Of a DNA stretch of 64,000 nucleotides, positions 58,585 to 64,000 are shown in pieces; within the stretch, counting starts at the first letter, position 1; each line of letters begins with the position of its first letter. This DNA is from an uncultured cyanobacterium (GTDB taxonomy: Bacteria; Cyanobacteriota; Vampirovibrionia; Gastranaerophilales; Gastranaerophilaceae): contig CALYTW010000001.1 of NCBI GenBank assembly GCA_945487905.1, positions 15,600 to 79,599 on the forward strand, read 5' to 3'. The notes under the pieces are model-generated. The model was not told where the DNA came from. It made no database searches and was given only the letters and a program-made list of their open reading frames with translations. Position numbers and translations under genes: made by a program.

Positions 58585-60627
58585 GTGAGTAGAGTGAGTG
58601 AAGGTAGTAAAGTGAATAAGGGAATTTATAGCAAAATAAAACTTCTGGCTCTTTGGATTCTGCTGTTTGCAGTTTTTGGAATTGTTTATATTTTCACTTA
58701 TCATTTTGCAGAGCCTAAGGCTTATGATTTTATGGTTAAAAATGTTTTAACCCAAAAACTCCCTTTTGATAAATACAAACAAGTCTACGGAAGTGATGAC
58801 GTTGTACTGATAGTAATTGATATACAGTCTGTTAAGAAATACCGTTGGCCTTGGAAAAGAGAACTTTATTGCGATATATTCGAATATTTTACCCAATATG
58901 CTAAGCCGAAAATTGTGATTCACGATTCAATTTTGGTAGCCCTCGATAAAGATAATCCGCAGTCAGATTCAAAATATTTTAAATCTGTCGGCGAAATGGA
59001 CAATTTTATAACAGGTTTTATACCATCCGCACAAGAATGGGAAAATAAAGAATTCGGCAAGCAGTATGACTTTGAATTTCAGAAGAAATATGCTCTTAAA
59101 AATGTTTTTGATTCAAATATTTTACCTGAATTGTTCAATAGTATTCTGCCATTTCCAAAACCTTATTTTGACGTTGTAAAAAAGACAGGAATTGTTATAA
59201 CTCCGACAGGTGCAATCAGCGGAGATATGACAATAGGGAATATTCCGATTTTTGATTCGGTTTTACGCAATCATATACCGATTATTAAATACAAAAATGC
59301 TTATTATCCGTCCGTAGGTCTGGAAGCTTTTTTGACTCTGAACCCTGCTGATAAAATTCTGATTAGTAAGCATTATATTGAATTCCCGAATTTGAATTAT
59401 AAAATAAAACATAGTTCATCGGATTTTATACTTACAGTTCCGGTCAGGTTTTATAAGCTTTATGACAATCAGTATTCGCATAAATATTATTCCGCAATTG
59501 ATATTATGAAATCGACGGAACTTTTAAAACAAAAACAACAGCCCTTAATAAATCCAGAAATATTTAAAGATAAAATTGTGGTTTTAGGTGCTAATGTACC
59601 TGCAGGTGCTGGTTTAAACGATAATAAGAGTACGCCTGTGCGTGGAGAGCATCCGGGAGTGGATTTTCAGGCGACGATAATAGACAATATTTTTCATAAT
59701 GACTATCTGAATGTTTTACCAAAGTGGGCAAATTTTATAATAACAATTTTAGGAATGCTTGCTCTATATTTTACAGTGAAAAATACCGGATTAATAAAAT
59801 CCGTTATATCTGCAATTCTATTAATCTTCGGGTATATTCTGGCAGGAATGGTTTGTTTCTATTTTCTATGTGTAATAAATATACTCACTCCGGTTGTGAT
59901 GTTTATTTTAACAACTATTGTTGCATATACTGCCAAGTACGCATCCGAAAACAAAAGCAAAGAACAAGTAAAATTCGCAATGGGGAAATATATGTCCCAC
60001 GATGTAATGCAAGATGTTGTTAAAAATATTGATAATCTTGGTTTAGGCGGGAAAAAATCAGTTGTAACGGTTTTATTTGCAGATATCAGAGGTTTTACTT
60101 CGATGAGTGAAAAAATGTCCGCACAACAGGTTTCGGAAATACTTAATGAATATTTTTCCGAAATGGAACCGATTATCACAAGCTATAACGGCATCATTAA
60201 TAAATTTATCGGAGATGCTATTATGGCTGTATTCGGAGAGCCGATACAGGATGAAAAACACGTTCAAAATGCCGTAAAATGCGGATATGCAATGCTGGAA
60301 CGAGTTGAAAAACTCAGAAGAAAATGGACAAGCGCCGGTAAACCCGAAATTCAAATCGGTGTCGGTATAAATACAGGCGAAGTTTTTATCGGAAATATAG
60401 GTTCCGTAAACAGAATGGAATATACCGTAATCGGTGACACGGTTAATCTCGCCAGCAGGCTTGAAAGCTATAATAAAATTTACAAAACAAAAATGCTTAT
60501 AAGTACATCCACTTACAAAAAAGTTAAAGATATCGCTGATGTTATTAAAATTCCCGATGTACAAATCAGAGGTAAAGCAAATAAAATGGATATTTACGAA
60601 GTTTTGAAGGTTAAACTTGGTAATTGA
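58585..60627 (+). CDS. CHASE2 sensor domain - class III adenylate/guanylate cyclase
   Basis: N-terminal extracytoplasmic region followed by 3 TM segments (CHASE2 layout). Cyclase motifs VTVLFADIRGFTSMSE, FIGDAIMAVFG, TVIGDTVNLASRLE. GTG start. Confidence 0.8.
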   Translation: MSRVSEGSKVNKGIYSKIKLLALWILLFAVFGIVYIFTYHFAEPKAYDFMVKNVLTQKLPFDKYKQVYGSDDVVLIVIDIQSVKKYRWPWKRELYCDIFEYFTQYAKPKIVIHDSILVALDKDNPQSDSKYFKSVGEMDNFITGFIPSAQEWENKEFGKQYDFEFQKKYALKNVFDSNILPELFNSILPFPKPYFDVVKKTGIVITPTGAISGDMTIGNIPIFDSVLRNHIPIIKYKNAYYPSVGLEAFLTLNPADKILISKHYIEFPNLNYKIKHSSSDFILTVPVRFYKLYDNQYSHKYYSAIDIMKSTELLKQKQQPLINPEIFKDKIVVLGANVPAGAGLNDNKSTPVRGEHPGVDFQATIIDNIFHNDYLNVLPKWANFIITILGMLALYFTVKNTGLIKSVISAILLIFGYILAGMVCFYFLCVINILTPVVMFILTTIVAYTAKYASENKSKEQVKFAMGKYMSHDVMQDVVKNIDNLGLGGKKSVVTVLFADIRGFTSMSEKMSAQQVSEILNEYFSEMEPIITSYNGIINKFIGDAIMAVFGEPIQDEKHVQNAVKCGYAMLERVEKLRRKWTSAGKPEIQIGVGINTGEVFIGNIGSVNRMEYTVIGDTVNLASRLESYNKIYKTKMLISTSTYKKVKDIADVIKIPDVQIRGKANKMDIYEVLKVKLGN

Positions 60628-60659
60628 CTTTGATTAAACTAAAGTGATATTATTTAATT

Positions 60660-61028
60660 ATGAAGAAGGTTTTTTTAATTATAATATCGTTGTTCTTCGC
60701 AATTCCGGTTTTTGCAGGTCAGTATGAAGATGCCCTGCGTTCCGGGGAACCGGTCTTTCTCTACATGTATGTAAAAAATTGCAAATATTGTAAAGAATTT
60801 AATCCAATATACGAAAAAACATTTAATAATTACAAAGGCAGTTTCAGATTTGTAAAAGTCGATGCGGATTCGCCGTACGGAACTTTGTTAATGAGAGATT
60901 TAAGAGCATATTATGTTCCGCTTGTTATTCTGGCTGATTCAAAGAGGCAGTATATGATGTCAGTTCTGCCTGATTGTCTCATTGACAATGCTTGTCTGGA
61001 AAAAGAGCTGAAAGGATTTTTGAAATAA
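60660..61028 (+). CDS. exported thioredoxin-like protein
   Basis: Signal peptide. CKYC redox motif in the context [13 protein letters not shown]. Confidence 0.55.
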   Translation: MKKVFLIIISLFFAIPVFAGQYEDALRSGEPVFLYMYVKNCKYCKEFNPIYEKTFNNYKGSFRFVKVDADSPYGTLLMRDLRAYYVPLVILADSKRQYMMSVLPDCLIDNACLEKELKGFLK

Positions 61029-61038
61029 AGGAGGATAT

Positions 61039-61932
61039 ATGAAAGGTATAGTACTTGCTGGCGGAGCGGGAACACGTTTGTATCCTGCATCTCAGCCTAT
61101 TTCAAAAATTCTTTTACCGGTTTATGATAAGCCGATGATTTATTATCCGCTTTCTACACTTATGCTTGCCGGAATTAAAGATATTCTTATAATTACGAAC
61201 GAAACGGATTATGATAATTTTATTAAACTGCTAGGAGACGGTTCCCAGTTCGGACTGAATCTTCATTATAAAATTCAATATGTCCAAAAAGGGATTGCGG
61301 ATGCATTTATTATAGGAGAAGAATTTATCGGAAATGATGACGTGGCCTTAATTTTAGGGGATAACATATTCCACGGACACGGATTCTCAACTCTTATGAA
61401 AAGTGCTATTTCAAAAAATACAGGCGCTACCGTTTTCGGATATACTGTTAAAGATCCTGAAAGATTTGGTGTGGTTGCGTTTGATGCAAATCATAAAGCA
61501 ATTTCTCTGGAAGAAAAACCCAAAACACCTAAATCAAATTATGCAGTAACAGGATTGTATTTCTATGATAATAAAGTTTGTGAATACGCAAAACAACTTG
61601 AACCCTCCGCAAGAGGAGAACTTGAAATAACAGATTTGAACAAGATTTACCTTGAAAAGGAATTGCTGAATGTTGAAATTTTAGGCAGAGGTTTTGCCTG
61701 GCTCGATACAGGAACTCATGATTCTATGCTTCAGGCAAGCGTTTTTGTTCAAACTATGGAATTAAACAAAGGGGTTAAAATAGCCTGCCTTGAGGAAATT
61801 GCGTTTAATCAAGGTTTTATCTCGGGTGCAGAATTACTTAAAAAAATCGAAAAATACGGCGAAAACAGCGGGTACTACCAATATATAAAAGATATTGTGC
61901 TTAATAATAAAAAAGACTACGCATTTATGTAA
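61039..61932 (+). CDS. rfbA: glucose-1-phosphate thymidylyltransferase
   Basis: [46 protein letters not shown]. Confidence 0.93.
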   Translation: MKGIVLAGGAGTRLYPASQPISKILLPVYDKPMIYYPLSTLMLAGIKDILIITNETDYDNFIKLLGDGSQFGLNLHYKIQYVQKGIADAFIIGEEFIGNDDVALILGDNIFHGHGFSTLMKSAISKNTGATVFGYTVKDPERFGVVAFDANHKAISLEEKPKTPKSNYAVTGLYFYDNKVCEYAKQLEPSARGELEITDLNKIYLEKELLNVEILGRGFAWLDTGTHDSMLQASVFVQTMELNKGVKIACLEEIAFNQGFISGAELLKKIEKYGENSGYYQYIKDIVLNNKKDYAFM

Positions 61933-61934
61933 AT

Positions 61935-63101
61935 TTATATGTCAAAAATGTCGTTTTCTTTATAGTAATTCTTTTTGCGATGTTTAACTTTGTCGTTTCG
62001 TTTTTTAACGCTCTCGGCAACATTTTTGTATGCATTATCAAGCGAAATCTTCGTTAAGGGCTTATTTTTGGCTCTGTCGTTAACAACAAGCCAGTAAGAA
62101 TGCTTTACGTTGTCTACAGAAAATGATATTTTACCGGCTTTTCTGTCCCCCGGTTTGAATTGAGAAAACAAAAGTCTTGTATCTCCAAATATAGAAGGAT
62201 TATAAACTGTATTGTAGTCGCTTACCAGTGCCAAATCCATTCCGGCAAAACTCTTATCAGACATATTAGAAATGCATACGGAAAGAGTAATTGTATTAAC
62301 CTCGCCAAACGGATCTTTTTCATACAAAATATTTGAAACTCTGATATCAAGTCCGGGATATTTTTCTTCCTTTTGAACAAGTGCTTCTTCTCTGTATACA
62401 GGAAGTTCTACGCTTGAAAGAATCTTAACTTTAATTTCGTCCCCAGGAGAAATTAGAACATCCTTGCCTTTTCTGTACAAAGACATTCCTAGACCAACAG
62501 CACCGCCTATTGCAGCACCTCCTGCAAGTGTATATCCGTTAGAAGCAATAGCAGCTTCAATTCCCAATGCTTGTGCTGCGACAATACCCCCAACTACACC
62601 GCCTACAGCAGTATATCCCAAATCCGTAGCCGCAATTTTTGCAGCTGCTTTAACCGGATGAAGCTTGGTGGACATTTTACCTTCAATGGGGATTTCACGA
62701 CCTTCCGGAGTTATAAGTTTGTCAAAACTTAAGTCAAGATAACCGTCACGCCCAAGCCTTTTTGCCTCTCCGGAATCTTTTATAAATCCGTGTGCAAGAC
62801 TGCCTTTGGGAATAATTATTCCCTTATTTCCGTATACATCACTTGTAATTTCTGCAAAAAACTCATCCCCTTCATAAGAAAAACTCCCGTCAAGAACCTG
62901 TGATACAGTCATCTCGATAGTATCACGACGTTCCAAAGTTTCGGTTTTGCCGGTAAACAGTTTTTTATCCAGCTCAGAATATTCGTCATCAAATTCCGCA
63001 TAACCCTGAAATACGTCTTCACCTGCCAAAACCGCATTTTGAAACATAAACAAACTTATTATAAATAGTGCTATTCCCCGCCTCATAATGAGATTATACA
63101 T
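61935..63101 (-). CDS. exported hypothetical protein with central glycine-zipper segment
   Basis: Signal peptide. Central GYTAVGGVVGGIVAAQALGIEAAIASNGYTLAGGAAIGGAVGLG. Confidence 0.5.
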   Translation of the reverse strand: MYNLIMRRGIALFIISLFMFQNAVLAGEDVFQGYAEFDDEYSELDKKLFTGKTETLERRDTIEMTVSQVLDGSFSYEGDEFFAEITSDVYGNKGIIIPKGSLAHGFIKDSGEAKRLGRDGYLDLSFDKLITPEGREIPIEGKMSTKLHPVKAAAKIAATDLGYTAVGGVVGGIVAAQALGIEAAIASNGYTLAGGAAIGGAVGLGMSLYRKGKDVLISPGDEIKVKILSSVELPVYREEALVQKEEKYPGLDIRVSNILYEKDPFGEVNTITLSVCISNMSDKSFAGMDLALVSDYNTVYNPSIFGDTRLLFSQFKPGDRKAGKISFSVDNVKHSYWLVVNDRAKNKPLTKISLDNAYKNVAESVKKRNDKVKHRKKNYYKENDIFDI

Positions 63102-63138
63102 TTTTTTTTAAATTAAGTCTACTTTTAATAGAATTTCG

Positions 63139-63172
63139 ATTACATTAATGAATAAATTACATTAATGAATAA
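63139..63172. repeat. perfect tandem 17-nt direct repeat (ATTACATTAATGAATAA x2)
   Basis: Read directly. A third partial copy (TTACATTA) lies ~8 nt downstream. Located in the divergent promoter region upstream of rny. Confidence 0.9.
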
Positions 63173-63369
63173 TTTTTTGTTTACATTATTAAAAGATTTA
63201 TATACAAAACCTTAAATATATGGTAAGATAAAATTATAGTAGTAGATAAAAAATTTTTGAGGATATATGCGATAAAAAAACTTGTATATTAAATATAGAG
63301 TTGTCCGGCAGGCTATATGTGCCGGAATATCGTATATATATAAAAAAATAGAAAAGGTAAAGGTGCAAA

Positions 63370-64000
63370 ATGAACAGTGCATTACTGGTTATTGCAGTTA
63401 TAACGGCTGTAATACTTCTTGCTGTAATTGCAGTACAAAGAGTTAAATACAAAAACCTCTTACAGCAAACAGAAAAGAGCATGAAAGATTTGCAGGACAA
63501 AGAATCTATTCTTCAAAAAGAAGCAATGATTAAAGCTAAAGAAGCTCTGCAAAGTGAAAGAGAACAATTAAATGAAGATGAAAGAGAGAGAAGAAAAGAA
63601 TTTGCGATTATAGAGAACAAGCTTTCCAAACGTGAAGATATACTTGAAACTAAAATTCAAGAAATTACCGATAAAGAAACAGAACTTGATAAAATGAAAG
63701 ACAAGTTAATCGAAAAAGAAGATTTGCTTGACGAATTAATCTGTAAACATACATCAGAGCTTGAAAGAATTGCCGGAATGTCATCGGAAGACGCTAAAAA
63801 AATGCTTCTTGAACAAATAAAGAATGAACTTGCACAGGAGCAACTACAGTTGATTCGTGAAAATGAGGCGAAGATTAAGGAAGATGCTTTAGAAAAATCC
63901 AAAGAAATTCTTTCCACCACAATGCAAAGATGTATGATAGAACAAGTTGTAGAATCTACGGTGTCTGTTGTATCACTTCCGAGCGATGAAATGAAAGGTC
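63370..64000 (+). CDS. rny: ribonuclease Y, N-terminal part (continues off right edge)
   Basis: Not in ORF track (no stop in the window). ATG at 63370. N-terminal TM LLVIAVITAVILLAVIAV, long coiled coil, then VSVVSLPSDEMKG (start of the KH domain). Confidence 0.85.
   Translation, partial: MNSALLVIAVITAVILLAVIAVQRVKYKNLLQQTEKSMKDLQDKESILQKEAMIKAKEALQSEREQLNEDERERRKEFAIIENKLSKREDILETKIQEITDKETELDKMKDKLIEKEDLLDELICKHTSELERIAGMSSEDAKKMLLEQIKNELAQEQLQLIRENEAKIKEDALEKSKEILSTTMQRCMIEQVVESTVSVVSLPSDEMKG

Noticed and set aside
63234-63920. Minus-strand ORFs 63234-63500 and 63657-63920
   Set aside because: They are antisense to the promoter region and to the clearly recognisable RNase Y coding sequence (63370 onward). 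Their translations are low-complexity.

Overview
AT-rich bacterial chromosomal window (roughly one-third G+C by eye, not computed), densely coding on both strands: about 60 protein genes, one tmRNA, no rRNA or tRNA. Most of it is housekeeping. Recognisable genes are glgA, motA/motB, mscL, atpD-atpC, rsmA, thrS, nadD-yqeK, rlmB, a primary-type sigma-70 factor, lpxA, rsmD, a bioD-like gene, kdgK-eda, csaB, rfbA and the 5' part of rny. There is also signalling (HAMP/PAS histidine kinase, GAF-GGDEF, CHASE2-cyclase), several TPR proteins, a prepilin-type pilin and a PilM/N + PilO-like pair. lpxA plus a beta-rich protein ending in Phe suggest a diderm envelope. Several traits are cyanobacterium-like: atpD-atpC separated from the other atp genes, a short ThrRS lacking the N-terminal TGS domain, a tmRNA tag starting ANNVV, and RLPIHL in sigma region 2.4/3. 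Combined with flagellar stator and type IV pilus genes, they make a non-photosynthetic cyanobacterial sister lineage (Melainabacteria/Vampirovibrionia-like) my best guess; this is inference only. No CRISPR array, reverse transcriptase/DGR or intact prophage was seen. Spots worth a second look: (1) the ssrA locus has a perfect 21-nt second copy of its own 5' end 160 nt upstream, bracketing a GC-rich 139-nt insert, and is followed by a decayed IS transposase and nested palindromic mini-repeats; (2) a 1275-aa single-chain AddB-like (eroded P-loop) + UvrD/AddA-like helicase without nuclease domains; (3) a hybrid-cluster-protein (Hcp) homolog that has lost most cluster ligands; (4) an EF-hand gene split at an in-frame A AAA AAA slippery run; (5) a G10 tract in an intergenic region; (6) motA-motB translationally coupled to an unknown 200-aa gene; (7) an Est30-like hydrolase with Cys at the nucleophile position; (8) a two-copy octamer-built SD/anti-SD-like stem-loop element. 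All coordinates and motifs were read by eye; no searches were run.
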